Shown: positions 1 through 12,385 of the stretch, one piece after another | How positions within the stretch are numbered: position 1 is the stretch's first letter | Layout: every line of letters begins with the position of its first letter | DNA from: Octopus vulgaris | Taxonomy: Eukaryota | Length of the DNA: 64,000 bases | NCBI GenBank assembly: GCA_951406725.2 | Contig: OX597822.1 | Span: forward strand, 115,940,001 to 116,004,000 | Direction of reading: 5' to 3' | Translations under genes and position numbers: made by a program | The notes under the pieces: generated by a model | What the model saw: only the letters and a program-made list of their open reading frames with translations | The model's database searches: none | Told to the model about the DNA's origin: nothing

Positions 1-644
1 CTCATTTGACACTGGGATGTTTTGCCACTGAGAAAATCTCATTTTATTCAACACAAGAAACTGAGTTTTACTCAGTGAGCATGACCCACAAAAGCTGAAT
101 GAAAAACTGAATAAAGTAAGGCTTATCACTATATTAACATAAATAACCTTTACTTTTATCAACAATAATAACCTTTCAATGTGTATTTATAATCAATTGG
201 AATATGTGATGAGAAGGGAGATAACTGATAACGCCATATTATTTCATTTTCATTTCAATACATCTTAATCTCTCTCCACACGTGTGTGTGTGTGTGTGTG
301 TGTGCATGCATGTATGCCCACATCTGCCTTTTGTGCCAAATTGTACACTACCAAATCTTTCAATGACAAAAGTACTGTACCAAAATGACTGCAGTCACTT
401 TTCCACTCCAAGTGAAGGATGCAGTCATCATCATCATCATCATCACCATCATTTAACATCTGCCATCCAAGCTGGCATGGGTGGCAGTAAGAGGACGGTT
501 TGTGAGCTACTTCTCAAAATCAGTATAACAAAACCTTCTCCGTAAGAGAGCGAATAATTTAATGGCTCAGTGGGTGTTTATTTGGACAGACAGACACAGA
601 CAATTCAAATGACTGATGGATAGACTGGAAGAAAGGCTGACAGA

Positions 645-987
645 GACTTGTGCCAGTCATTGGATTGCGGCCATGCTGGGGCAATGCCTCGCTAAGTCAT
701 GAGGATATAAACAAGTCAACATCAGTTGTCAAGCAGTGGGGGGGGGGGGGACAAACACAGACACAACAACACGTACACATGCACAACAGACTTCTTTCAG
801 TTTCTATCAGACAAAGACACACACATAGACTTCTTTCAGTTTCTGTCCACCAAATCCACTAACAAGGCTTTCAGTGGCTCTATACTATAGTAGAAGACAC
901 TTACTTCCCCAAGGTGCCACACAGTGGGACTGAACTTGGAACTATGTGGTTGCAAACTTCTTAACACACAGCCATGCCTGCACCTAT
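645..987 (-). mobile_element. tRNA-derived SINE, family A, internally deleted copy
   Basis: Reverse complement matches the full copy at 63133-63522: A-box-like TGGCTGTGTG, B-box-like GTTCAGTCCC, 'ccttgggg..aagt', 'gaaactgaaagaag' and 3' 'ccagcatggccgca'. Confidence 0.8.
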
Positions 988-1612
988 GATCTCAGAAATT
1001 AATTTTTAAAAACCTGCAAGTAATTTTGGATTTTAGCACAGTGAACTTCTACTCTACTTGTTTGATTAGCAAAAAAAGTCTGTTCACAAGAAATCTGTTA
1101 GAAATGGTAGTGAAATCGGTTGTTCCTTAACTGAAAAGAAATTTATTTGGAATTTTGGAAGATATCAAGATGACAAAGAAGAAACTCTTTTAATTTTCAC
1201 TGTGGAACAACAAAGGAGTTTAGAAAAAGCTAAACAGAGAATGCATACTAAATTCTCCATGTTAATCATTCTTCAATGCATATTTCAGATCTAATACACA
1301 GGAAATGATTCTATAATATATTCTAAAGAGGCAGCACTCAGAAAATATTTGCAAGAGAGCAGCAGGGGTGGGTTGGGTGGAGAGCAGGGGAGCTGGGTAG
1401 TACACAGCTGTTGATCTAGCCTTTGACCCAGTTGAAATATGTCAGTCAAGTAGCTTTCCAAAAATTAAGAATTCCAGCTAGCAACCAAATATGTAGTGGT
1501 TTCAAAATACTTTCCTAACACCTCTTGCGTTTTGCTGCCGCTGCTGCTGCTGCTGCTATTGTAATATTTACTAATATTTTGCAAGAGGAGACAAAGAAGG
1601 AAAGCAACATAG

Positions 1613-1644
<32 letters not shown>

Positions 1645-1656
<12 letters not shown>

Positions 1657-2029
1657 CTGAAGTTGTCTGTATATGGCAGGTTTGGTAGCCTTCAACTAAC
1701 ACTATCTCTTCCGAGACCCTGCGGCGCAAGTTGACCAAAATTGAAAGTATGATAGAAGAAGGCTTGCTCTTCCTTCCGTAGAAGAAAAAAATTCAAATCG
1801 GACTATGCTAACACCAAAAATTATTTACATCAAAAAGGTGGGGTTTTTTTTCTATGAAAATCCCTATTTATTACGATTTTTTTACTGCTGTGTTGCCATT
1901 TTTCGGTGTATTTCAACCAGAAAAAATGTTCACTTAAAGAGAATAACAAGCTACATAATGCAAAATTTTTACTTTTCAAAAATTCCAATTCTAAAGGGTT
2001 GAAACAAATCCGAGCAATGCCAGGCGATA
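1645..2029 (+). mobile_element. Non-autonomous Helitron-like element, termini eroded into (TA)n
   Basis: 5' end TATATATAAAGCTGAAGTTGTCTGT and 3' hairpin region CCGAGCAATGCCAGGCGATA match the two ends of the intact element at 15402-15907. The terminal CTGCTAG is missing and (TA)n follows instead. Confidence 0.65.
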
Positions 2030-2050
2030 TATATATATATATATATATAT

Positions 2051-2456
2051 CTTATCTTTTACTTGCTTCAGTTCTTAAACTGCAGCCTTACTGGAATACC
2101 ATCTTGAAATTTTAGTTGAATGAATTGAACCAACAACTTGTACGCCTTTTTTTCTTTTTTGTTTTAAGCCTGGTATTTATTCTATCAGTATATTTTGCCA
2201 AACCGCTAAGTTATGAGGATGTAAACAGACCAACACTGGTTATCCAATCGTGGTGTGGACAAACACAGACACAAAGATACACACACAGACACACACATAC
2301 AGATATATGACAGGCTTCTTTCAGTTTCCATCTACCACTCACAAGGCCTGATGCTATAGGAGAAGACACTTGCCCAAGGTGCCATGTAGTGGAACTGAAC
2401 CCAGAACTATGAGGTTGGGAACCAATCTTCTTACCACACAACCTTGACTATGCCTA
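2051..2456 (-). mobile_element. tRNA-derived SINE, family A, near full length
   Basis: Colinear reverse-complement match to the family A head, core, (GT)n hinge and 3' tail. Confidence 0.85.
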
Positions 2457-2799
2457 TAATAATAATAGACAAAAATTAATTTCTCTAATTGCAATCAACC
2501 ATGACTAATGGGTTTCTTAATAAAACCTGTTCAAACTATGCAGTTCTTCACCCACCACCACCACCACCACCATCTCTCAAAATGTAGAAACAACAAAACA
2601 CCAGGAAGCTAATAAAATAAAATAAAAACAAAAACGTAGCATCACTGAAAACTAGGTCTTTGGACTTATTTGTGCTAAAGTGGTAACTATAATTTTAGAT
2701 AATTCTTACTATTCTCATCAAAGTTATCCCTCACAACACATGCAAAAGAAAAAAACAAAAAAAAATAAGATCTTGCAAATATGGAGAAAGTAAAAGGTA

Positions 2800-3042
2800 A
2801 AGCTACCTTCTTGAATCATGCCAAACCATAAGGGGTGGTTTCCCAGTTTCATGATGTATATATTCCCTACCTGGATGGGACCACAGTCCATTGTAGGATT
2901 ACTCACTTTTGCCAACTGAATGGACTGGAGCAACGTGAAATGAAGAGTTTTGCCCAAGAACACAACACATTGCCTGGTTCAGGAACTGAAACCACAATCT
3001 TACAATGAGGAGTCCAACACCCAAACCACTCAGCCATGTGTT
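2800..3042 (-). mobile_element. tRNA-derived CORE-like SINE, family C
   Basis: Minus strand reads TGGCTGAGTGGTT...GGTTTCAGTTCCTGAACC...GTGTTCTTGGGCAAAACTCTTCATTTCACGTTGCTCCAGTCCATTCAG. Same family as 31923-32175 and 63884-64000. Confidence 0.8.
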
Positions 3043-3242
3043 GCCACCTTGCAAGTACGAGATGCTCAAGATCTTCACTACTCTTATGATTAATTCATAA
3101 ATGGTTATGAGTGAAATCCATTAACAGGAATGGACGTTGAAAGATTCAGCACATTTTTCAGTCTTTAACGAACATTACAATTGCTTTTTCATTCGGGAAC
3201 TCAGTAAGCCAGTATTTCAGCTAATGAAAAACAAATTTCATG

Positions 3243-3247
<5 letters not shown>

Positions 3248-3306
<59 letters not shown>
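3248..3306. repeat. (TA)n microsatellite
   Basis: Direct observation. Confidence 0.95.
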
Positions 3307-3308
<2 letters not shown>

Positions 3309-3672
3309 CATGGCTGTGTGGTAAGAAGTTTACTTCCCAACCACATGGTTCTGGGTTTGATCCCACTGTGTGGCACCTTGGGAAAGTGTCTTCTCCTATA
3401 GCCTCAGTTTGACCAAAGCTTTGTGAGTGGATTTGGTAGACAGAAACTGAAAGAAGCCTGTTGTGTGTGTGTGTGCACGCTTAGCCCCATCACTGCTTGG
3501 CAACTGATATTGGTGTGCTTACAACCCTGTAACTTAGCAGTTTGGCAAAAAGACCAAGAGAATAAGTACCAGACTTAAAAAGAAAACTAGTATTGGGGTC
3601 AATTAGTTCAACTAAAATTCCCCAAAGCAGTACCCCAGCACAGCCTCAGTCTAATGACTGAAACAAATAAGT
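3307..3672 (+). mobile_element. tRNA-derived SINE, family A
   Basis: GGCATGGCTGTGTGGTAAG...GGTTTGATCCCACTG..GGCACCTTGGGAAAGTG...GAAACTGAAAGAAGCC-(GT)n...AATGACTGAAACAA. Confidence 0.85.
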
Positions 3673-3695
3673 GATACACACACACACACACACAC

Positions 3696-4790
3696 AGCTG
3701 GTGAGGAGCCTTGGCCAGATTTCTCACAGTCAAGGAACACAGGTACCAACTCTTCTGAGTGGGCAGCAGAGCAACGGAGTGCTGGTAGCCACCCACATTG
3801 TTGGCAAAGAAAGGAGTAGATTAAAGTAGTCAGAGTGGTCAGTGAGTGTGACTTAATAAAATTTGGACAAGTCTTTCGTGGACAATACAACAGCGATAAT
3901 TACCTCAACACCTGCATCACAACTGAGACTGGCAAATGAACAGAAAGGCTAATCACCTTAATGAGGAATGACAGTTGTTTCATTATCACATGTAGTATTT
4001 TTAACATACATGTAGAGCAACACCATGGTAACTTCTAAGGAATACATGGAGGCTGTGGGTACGGTACAAAGAATGAAAAGGGGTCAAGGCATTTGGAGTT
4101 CTGTGATGTTAATTATCTAACAATTTGCAGAAGCAATGTCCGGAAGTTGGCCAACTCCCTGATCCTTTACAAGCCAGGAAAACACTCAAACCAGATTAAC
4201 TTCATACCAAACAGAAGAATGGATAGATCGATGGTTGTGAATGTTAAGTCTTACCCTGGTAAAGAATGTAAACCAACATACAATAGTGTTTACTGAATTG
4301 AGGACAAGACCTGACAGAGCTAGAGATATACATAAGATATTCTCAAGTAGGAAGATAACAAAGGTCAACGACTTACTGACCATTTTTTGTAGGTTCATGA
4401 AATCACTACTTAATGCATAAAACAGAAAGGAGGGCCTTATAAAGGCAATGCCATGTAGGCATGAGGCATAATTAGTAAAGAGAGAAACTGGGAAAGGTTT
4501 GCATATGTTCTGCAACATGAGAATCAAAGATGGAAGATGTTCCAGATTACAAGGCAGTGTAGCAGACAGAATCAAGAAAGGGTAGAAGAGAAGTATGCAC
4601 AAAATGATAACAGGATACATGCTCTTAGTCATTCAGTAAAGAAAAAGGCAGGGAAGTACTATTATAAGAGCTTGTTGAATGAGAATACATAGGATAAAGT
4701 GCCCCCCCCCCCACAGAGGGAAGAGCTATTCGAATTGACAGCAGTAGGGTAGATAGGGAAGTAGGAAAGTTACCAGGTCTTTCCCTAGGA
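3696..4790 (+). mobile_element. Decayed RTE-clade LINE fragment (APE endonuclease and linker)
   Basis: Broken frames give RTE APE-like peptides ARFLTVKEHRY and HGGCGYGTKNEKGSRHLEFCDVNYLTICRSNVRKLANSLILYKPGKHSNQINFI (partly ORF 4093-4296). Many stops and frameshifts. Confidence 0.8.
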
Positions 4791-4794
4791 CACT

Positions 4795-5640
4795 AGCTTG
4801 CAATGTGGAATCCCACACACCTCTTATCTTCTTCCTTTCATCTTTTCCTCTAGCTGAGGGCCAGCTTCTCTTCTTGCTCCTTGATATCCCCTTTCTTTCA
4901 GTTTCTTTTTTATCAACCTGATCCCTTAGCTCTATCTATATAGCTGTTCACCACCATGTCACTCTTCGTTTTTAGGGTGTGTGCCATTGTTCCAGCCAGC
5001 AATTCAGCCAAGTGCCATCAGTAGGTTATCAAGCAAGGACTCACAGTTGTCTTCAGGCTCCATGTCTGTATCTTTTTTTCTTCTCTCTCATAAGATGCAT
5101 CAGTAAATGACCTGTCAAAACCTGTCATTGGCTGAAAGTTCCATCAACATTCCTTTTCTCCTTTACCAGACTGTCTCGCTCTTAACCTGAAATTACTAAC
5201 CAGGATTCTATGTTGAGTGTCACACTCTTCACCAGGAAACCATCGCATTTCCTGATAACAAGTCTAGCATCTCTGTTAACTTGATTGATAAATAATCAGG
5301 CAACAGACCACCAATTTCCTGAAATTGGTGTTGCAAATGGTTAGGTCTTTTGCATCACAGAACTGACAGAACCCTGATCCTTCTTCATTCCCTGTACAAT
5401 AACCAAATCCATCACAAACACCAGAGAAGTCATTGTAATGCTGTCCAACATGTCTGTTAAAATCACCAGCCATGCTAAAATGATTGCTGTCAACTATTTT
5501 GGACATAGACTGTAGCATTTTGGACGATGGACAATATACATATATGTCTGGGGTTACTAACAGAAGAATGAGTCTCAACACAAGAAGTCATATTTATTTA
5601 TTTGATGATTCATCTCTTCCCTGCGTTTCCTACCATGCAT
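4795..5640 (-). mobile_element. Decayed RTE-clade LINE fragment (APE endonuclease C-terminal half), inverted relative to its neighbour
   Basis: ORF 5276-5581 contains AGDFNRHVGQH...GFGYCTGNEEGSGFCQFCDAKDLTICNTNFRK, including the GDFN catalytic motif of APE-type LINE endonucleases. Confidence 0.85.
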
Positions 5641-5652
5641 GGTTGCTTAGAT

Positions 5653-5903
5653 CAGTGGTTCTCAACCATATTTTGCCCATGGAACCCCTTGATTCCTATT
5701 TTATTCTACCGAACTCTCATAGCTATTTGATGTTTAAAAACATCCTATTATATATTCTTATACTTAAATATTATTAAGAATTTTATAACAAAAAAATTGT
5801 TAAAATATTGTAGAAGTGTAATAAATTTATTGCACATAAATTTTAACAACAAAATCTTATGTGGACTCCCAAGGGCCACATGGACCCCAGTTGAGAGCCA
5901 CCG
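5653..5903. mobile_element. hAT (Charlie-like) MITE
   Basis: TIRs CAGTGGTTCTCAAC / GTTGAGAGCCACCG. 8-bp TSD gcttagat (5645-5652) / gtttagat (5904-5911). A partial copy of the left end starts near 49362. Confidence 0.85.
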
Positions 5904-6354
5904 GTTTAGATGGCAAGAAAATGTGTTTGTACAACTCACACACACACTTTGTATCTATTTAGTGAGAATGGAGTAAACTTTTTAAAAGATTAATGTTCAA
6001 GAAATGTACTGACCACTTATCATTGAAGTCACTAATATTCAGGGAAATGGAAAGACATTTTATCTGATAAGAAAACTTAAAAGTTTTCCTTGACAAATAA
6101 AAAAGAGAAAAAGTTGTTTTTATCAAATATTTCTATGTATCAATGGAGCTGATAATACCATTGATATAGGTTTTTCTCAGAAACAACACATACACTAAAG
6201 CTTTCTTAAATGACACAATTAAAACAACAACACCCCCCCTCTCTCTCTCTCACTTACTCCCTCTCCCTGAACACAGATACTCTCTCTCCTTAAATAAGCT
6301 GAAAATTGCTTTCTAAGGAGCTTAAAATGGCTTACACACTGTTTGTATTTCTGT

Positions 6355-6880
6355 GTGTGAGTGAAAATGGGTTGGAAAAAGCTTAAAGTGCCATTAATAC
6401 CTCTGCTTGCAATAAAGGGATTCTTCTCCAGAGTAAAAAGCAGATTGCAAGATATTTGTGTATGGAGTGCAATGCTGCATGGCAGTAGATGGGGGCCTTG
6501 AATGCAGAAGATTTACAATGACCAGAAAGAAACCAAGTGAGACTGCTCCGCTGATTGTGTGAAGTTAGAGAGCACAAACAATGAGCTGAGAGAAAAACTG
6601 GATCTAAAAGAAACAATCAGATGAAATGTGGTGTACAAAAGAAACGATTGAGCTGGTATGGAGATGCAATGCATATGGGGGAGGACAGCAGTGTAAGGAA
6701 GTGCTGAGTGCTCAAGGAGACTGGGACCTGTGAAAGAAGAAAGGCTGACGAAGAGTTAGGATAAAATAGTGAAGACTTGTCCCAAGATGTTGCATTTCAC
6801 AAGAGAAATGACAAAGGAATGTGCTGCTTGGCAGGAAGAAGACGCAAACACTCACGCAAGCATGGCAAAATGTGTGGTGA
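6355..6880 (+). mobile_element. Decayed RTE LINE 3' ORF2 fragment
   Basis: Peptide remnants GWKK..., RVKSRLQDICVWSAMLHGS and LSWYGDAMHMGEDSSVRKC. Homologous to 35500-36020. Confidence 0.7.
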
Positions 6881-7155
6881 AATTTGGATAGTGACGAAGG
6901 TGCATAGTTGTAAGATCATGCCTTCAAATTCTCAGTCAGCTCACAACTTCCTTGAGCAAGGTACTTCATTTCATATCTCTCTGCTCAACTGAAATTAGTT
7001 CAGAGCAGCAGCAGCCAGCAGGTCAACCTATGAAAAAGCAGACACCCCCAAGCAGGGAGAAGTACTGTGCTCTCAGTTACTGATATACTTTGAAAGACGG
7101 GAAATGTGTCAGCCTAATGAGCTTGTAGGCTTGAAGCAGAGACTTTATTTTTTAT

Positions 7156-7397
7156 TATAGAAACCAATGATGGTCTCTGTCCATTCAAAATCTACTATAA
7201 AGATATCCTTGCCAGTCTTTGTCCATTCACTATCTCCTATACAAATATCACTGATGGTCTCTGTCCATTCAGTGTCCACTATACAGACGTCCACAATAGT
7301 CACTGACCATTCAATATTTACTGTATACAGATATCAGTGATGGTCTCTGTCCATTTAGTATCCATCATAACGGTATCAGTCATGGCCTCTTTAATTC
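7156..7397. repeat. 42-bp unit minisatellite, about 6 diverged copies
   Basis: Unit approximately TATACAGATATCACTGATGGTCTCTGTCCATTCAGTATCCAC, recurring with ~42-nt period. Confidence 0.85.
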
Positions 7398-8696
7398 TGG
7401 TCAGTAATTTACTCAATAATTCCAGACATTATCAGGTGTTGCCTTGTAACATTGCTAACAAACGCCAGAAGCAAAAACTAACTTGATCCAAAATTTCTAA
7501 ATGCTAATTATTAAAGATTCGTTATAGCTACAAAATATATAAGGGCAACATTCAGCATTTGTAATATTTTGACCGTTTGGAATACTGGTATTGTTATTAT
7601 GAAAAACCTAAGATTAATAATAGTTCATTTGGATTATGGTAACTATTATTGAGAGAGAGAGAGAGAGAGAGAGAGGAAGGGTTAATAGGGAAATAGAATG
7701 GGAGAAAATTGAAAGAATCTATATTTGATCAAAATTACAGCTGTGTTTTATCACATGAGATTCTAAAACAATGCAAGCTCTCAGACAAAATCCATTCAAA
7801 GCTCAGTCAGTGGGGCCAAAAAAAGTTTAACACGGATGAGAGTCAGAATTTCATTACAACCAAATTTAATAGGTTTGTACTGATTTACAGCTTAGTTTAC
7901 AGTTTCAATAATAAAGCAAAGAGTGGCATGAATTCTGAATTAGTTCCAAAGACCAAATGCGAAATTGAGAGTTGGAGGTCTTTGTGTTATAGACATTCAA
8001 AAACCAAACGGAAAAAAATACTGAAACTCAATCCAATCTTATCAAACACAGAATTTCTTAAATATAAATAAACCCTTTTAAACAAGATATTACAATAATT
8101 CCTAAGTTTTCATTTCTGTATAGTTTGCATCAACAAAAAGAATGGCTAACCATAGTTTAAAATTCCATAGCTGACATTCACAGAGATACAAGTTTGGTGT
8201 TGATATTTATAAAAGAAGCTTTTCAATAATTCAAGTATTTTAATTAGAGCATGATAGAAGTTTCAACTAATAAACACAGAGAACAAGATGTAGACAACTA
8301 AATTAATTAGTAGAAGATATTGGATATAATGAATAACAATTTCCAATCAAAAGATTTACAAGATTAAAATTCAGTCGTAACAGAAGAACTTGTATATATT
8401 TTGTTGTTCTTCTTTAGTAAACAAATCAATTCATACTAAGCAAACCTTTGATTAAATGTATTCCAACCAGGACCATCCCGTCTACTTAGGGTTGTCTAGT
8501 ACTTCATTATCTGCAGTGTTCTTCCCTTTTTTAAGATGATTTGAGAGAGGTTTTCCAATATTTTTGGCTGGTTGAGCAACTGTATAAAGGCTCTCAGGTT
8601 GGTAAGCATAAATAATATATATACATATATATATATATATTTATAGATAAACTTACTTGGAAATGGATGTGTGGCGTTCAATCGTATAATAATATA

Positions 8697-8750
<54 letters not shown>
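8697..8750. repeat. (TA)n microsatellite
   Basis: Direct observation. Confidence 0.95.
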
Positions 8751-8753
<3 letters not shown>

Positions 8754-8768
8754 TATATACATACATAA

Positions 8769-9009
8769 CATAAACAACAGGAAATATGAAGGAAAACTTG
8801 GGTATGTGAATGAGAGAAACAAATGGAACACAAGACAAGTAACATAAAGAATGACCCTTCATCAGTTGTCAGCTGTCCTTGAAATGAGGAGTAGATGGAC
8901 AGCCAACACCTGATGAAGGGTCATTCTTTATGTTACTTGTCTTGTTTTCTATTTGTTTCTCTCGTTGTTCAAAAACCCAAGTTTGTCTTTGCATTTCATG
9001 CTGTTTATG
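8769..9009. repeat. Long inverted repeat (~110-bp arms, 18-nt spacer) flanked by (TA)n; possible Penelope-like terminal remnant
   Basis: 8830-8865 is the perfect reverse complement of 8910-8945 (36 bp). Imperfect pairing extends over 8769-8878 / 8897-9009. Confidence 0.85.
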
Positions 9010-10411
9010 GTTTGTGATGTCCTGCACCCATACATGCATATCTATATATATATATGTATATATATAAATTTTATTTACATTATATATATATACATTGAAG
9101 GAAAATATAAAAACATAAGGTTTATAAATGAAAAGATAAATACAAATCCAGACTGATAGTCTTTCCTGGCCTGTGTTACGTGCATGACATCCCATTACCT
9201 ATATAAATATGGAGAGCTCAATGAAATAAAGATAATAAACTAAATAGAAATAGATTAAATAATTTTATCCCTTCCAACATAATCTAAAGTGAAATTATTA
9301 CTGTCAGTATGGCTGCTCAGTATTAGCTACCAAGTAATTAGCATACCAGGAACTTTGATATTTTTAAAAAATTAACTTTTGTACTGAGCTAAGAATGACA
9401 AATGAAAAGAGTAAGGACCATAGAGAAAGAGAGAGAGAGAGAGAAACAGACAGACAGACAGACAAATGAAGCTGACAGAACAGAGCAGATGTGTCTTGCT
9501 AAAAAGTGTCTGGAAGCCAACTTCAGATGTGTGCATGTTAAAAATACACAACTCCTGGTTCAAACAATGGTAGTCATGGAAAGTGGCTAACAAGCACTTG
9601 CTATGGCAGTGACAAGAGATGAATGAACATACAGTGCTTGCTGGCTCCCAGATAGCTATTGCAATGAATGATAGCTCTAGCTGACCTGCTTTTGACAGGC
9701 AAGGACAAGAGGAAACGTTCCCTCGTTCCCTCCTCGTATCCATAGAATTTGGAGATGGGAGGGATTCTAGAACACAATTTCATACCAAACTATACCAGTA
9801 GCAGCAGTACAAGCTGTGTTTTTCACTCTCTTGACATATATTGATTACTAACATTGTCTTTAAATACAATTTCACAGCACAATGAAATATCCACTCTTAT
9901 TCAAACAAACATAACTGGCAAAAATAACAATTTCTTTCAGAATAATTAAAATAATTTGACAAAGAGTTCATCATAGTAATTATGTTACAAGAATTTCTTT
10001 TTAACAACTAGAATGTCACAGAAAAAATAATGGAACACATAAATTCAATTTTCATAGAAACAACACTTTTTTTCTTTCCCTCGCTAATGTTAGTATTTCA
10101 CTAATATTAATTCTCCAGATCCATAGGTTATACTCAGAGAAATGAGGTTGTAGTTTGAGGAGACTATATTCTTTAGAAGTTATAGTCCTATCCTTCTCTT
10201 TTGTGTCCCAGAGTAGACTTAACATCTCTCAACTAGCAAGCCTACCTTCCATGAAGGGAGAGACAGACAGACAGAGACAGAGAGACACTGACCAGAGCTA
10301 CTGCAACCCACTCATTACAACCTTGTAACACACAAAACAGATATTACAAACCTAAATAACCGGCAATACAACATATTCATTACTCAAAAACAACAAACAG
10401 ATCAAATGCTA

Positions 10412-10460
10412 TCACAATGCACATAAAGGTGAGGATGTCACAATGCACATAAAGGTGAGG
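10412..10460. repeat. Local tandem duplication (23 bp identical, period 26)
   Basis: TCACAATGCACATAAAGGTGAGG at 10412-10434 and 10438-10460. Confidence 0.9.
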
Positions 10461-11154
10461 CCAACACTGATATATCATCACAGGAGCTAAACAAATATCA
10501 TAAACCAATAATTAAAGTTTTTGGTTTGGCAGGGACAACACTTCAGCCCCCAACAACTGCAGATTCTATAAAAGATATAAATACATTCAACACAAGTATA
10601 TTGTCCATATATGAAAGCACACATGTCCTGGTAAACATTTAAAAAAATGATCCATCAGTTTCATAGGTGAGCAAGTCTTCACTGACCAGCACTCAACTGT
10701 GGACCAACTTTTAAACTTTCCTCAACAGCCACTATAATGAATCTGCTCTCCTGAACCTGTTAACCACATTTTTTCTGCCTCACCACTCCTACTGTGTTTT
10801 ATCATTAAGACTTTCTTCTAATTATGTTGTCCAACATTTCCTCCTCAGTACGATATCATTCAGGACTCTCCTTCCGACCCATGTTTTGTCTTAACATAAC
10901 TTTAATTCAAACTAAATGAGTATAAGCCATAGCAGCTGGAACCAACAGTCACTTGTTAACAGCTGAGTAAAGTTTAAAGAGTGACAGAGCTAAAGGCTTC
11001 GTTTCTAAGATGGATTAATTAATGTAAAAAACAACTTGAAGTCATCTGCAAAATTTGCTGAAAACAAAAACTGTTCCTTATTTAACAATTTCAATTGCAG
11101 AGACTTCAAAATCACAATCTTCTAAGAAACATTTTTCTAAACTGAGTCTATAAA

Positions 11155-11305
11155 GGCATAGGAGTGGCTGTGTGGTAAGTAGCTTGCTTACCAACCACAT
11201 GGTTCCGGGTCCAGTGTCTTTTAATATAGCCTCGGACCAACCAAAGCCTTGTGAGTGGATTTGGTAGATGGAAACTGAAAGAAGCCCATCGTATATATGT
11301 ATAAG

Positions 11306-11344
<39 letters not shown>

Positions 11345-11548
11345 TTGTGTGTCTGTGTTTGTCCCCCCAACATCGCTTGACAACCAATGTTGATGTGTTT
11401 ACGTCCCCATAACTTAGTAGTTTCAGCAAAAGAGACCGATTGAATAAGTACTAGGCTTACAAAGAATAAGTCCTGGGGTCGATTTGCTCGACTAAAGGTG
11501 GTGCTCCAGCATGGCTGCAGTCAAATGACTGAAACAAGTAAAAGAGTA
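11155..11548 (+). mobile_element. tRNA-derived SINE, family A, young copy with a short deletion after the B box
   Basis: High similarity to 63133-63522 and retains CpGs. Confidence 0.9.
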
Positions 11549-12099
11549 TATCTATATTTGAGCACACTAAGAATATTCAAAACTGTATCACTTGTAAATT
11601 ATCTTGTCAAAGATTCTCCATAATAAAACTATCGCACAGGGAACAACACATGGTCTAGATTACAAAAAACTATAAAATCAAGGAAACATTTGTTAAGCAG
11701 GACGAGAGATAATTATCCCATGCTGAAACTAGAATTGAGTAAGTGGCAGAGATTTTGCTAACATTGAATTCTGTGTTCAAATTATACAGTTGGCTTAACA
11801 TGAAGCAAATAAAGTGAGCGCTAATAGCACAATTGATTAAAATGTAGACCTTGACCATTTCTCTATCTCTCAACTCAGCATTAAATGCTTAGACATTAAC
11901 AGAATTATCTAGCAGCAATGACAATATAAAATGTCGTTCTTCATCTAATCATCACATATAAAAACGCACACAATCTCACAACACTTATTGAGAATTTACA
12001 TAACAAAAGCTTCTCTGCTTTTCTGGTTTCTTTAGAAGACTATTATTTCTTCCTCATACAACACAGAAATATACCAAAGTCTCATCTCTAATCAATAAC

Positions 12100-12358
12100 G
12101 TGTGTGTGTGTGTGTGTAACTTTCACCTCTTCTTGACATCAAATCATAACTGAAAGCAAGCATTACTGTCAAGCAAACTGTCCTTTGTTTCCAATAGTCT
12201 GTAAAATCTGGTCTGGGCCACAGGGAAATACTAACTTACTTGGAAACGAGTGAGGCTTGGCAACAGCAAGGACATCCAGCTATAGAAACTCTACGTCACA
12301 AAATTCCAACCAACCCATACAATCATGGAAAAGTGGATGTTAAAATGAAGATGATAAT
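12100..12358 (+). mobile_element. SINE 3' half with RTE-type tail
   Basis: (GT)n then ...TTGGCAACAGCAAGGACATCCAGCTATAGAAA...ACCCATACAATCATGGAAAAGTGGATGTTAAAATGAAGATGAT. Matches the tail of 43098-43515. Confidence 0.7.
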
Positions 12359-12385
12359 GTGTACGTGTGTATGTACATATGTATG

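Noticed and set aside
7156-7397. Possible CRISPR-like array
   Set aside because: Units are contiguous diverged tandem repeats with no unique spacers, the context is eukaryotic, and no cas genes are present.
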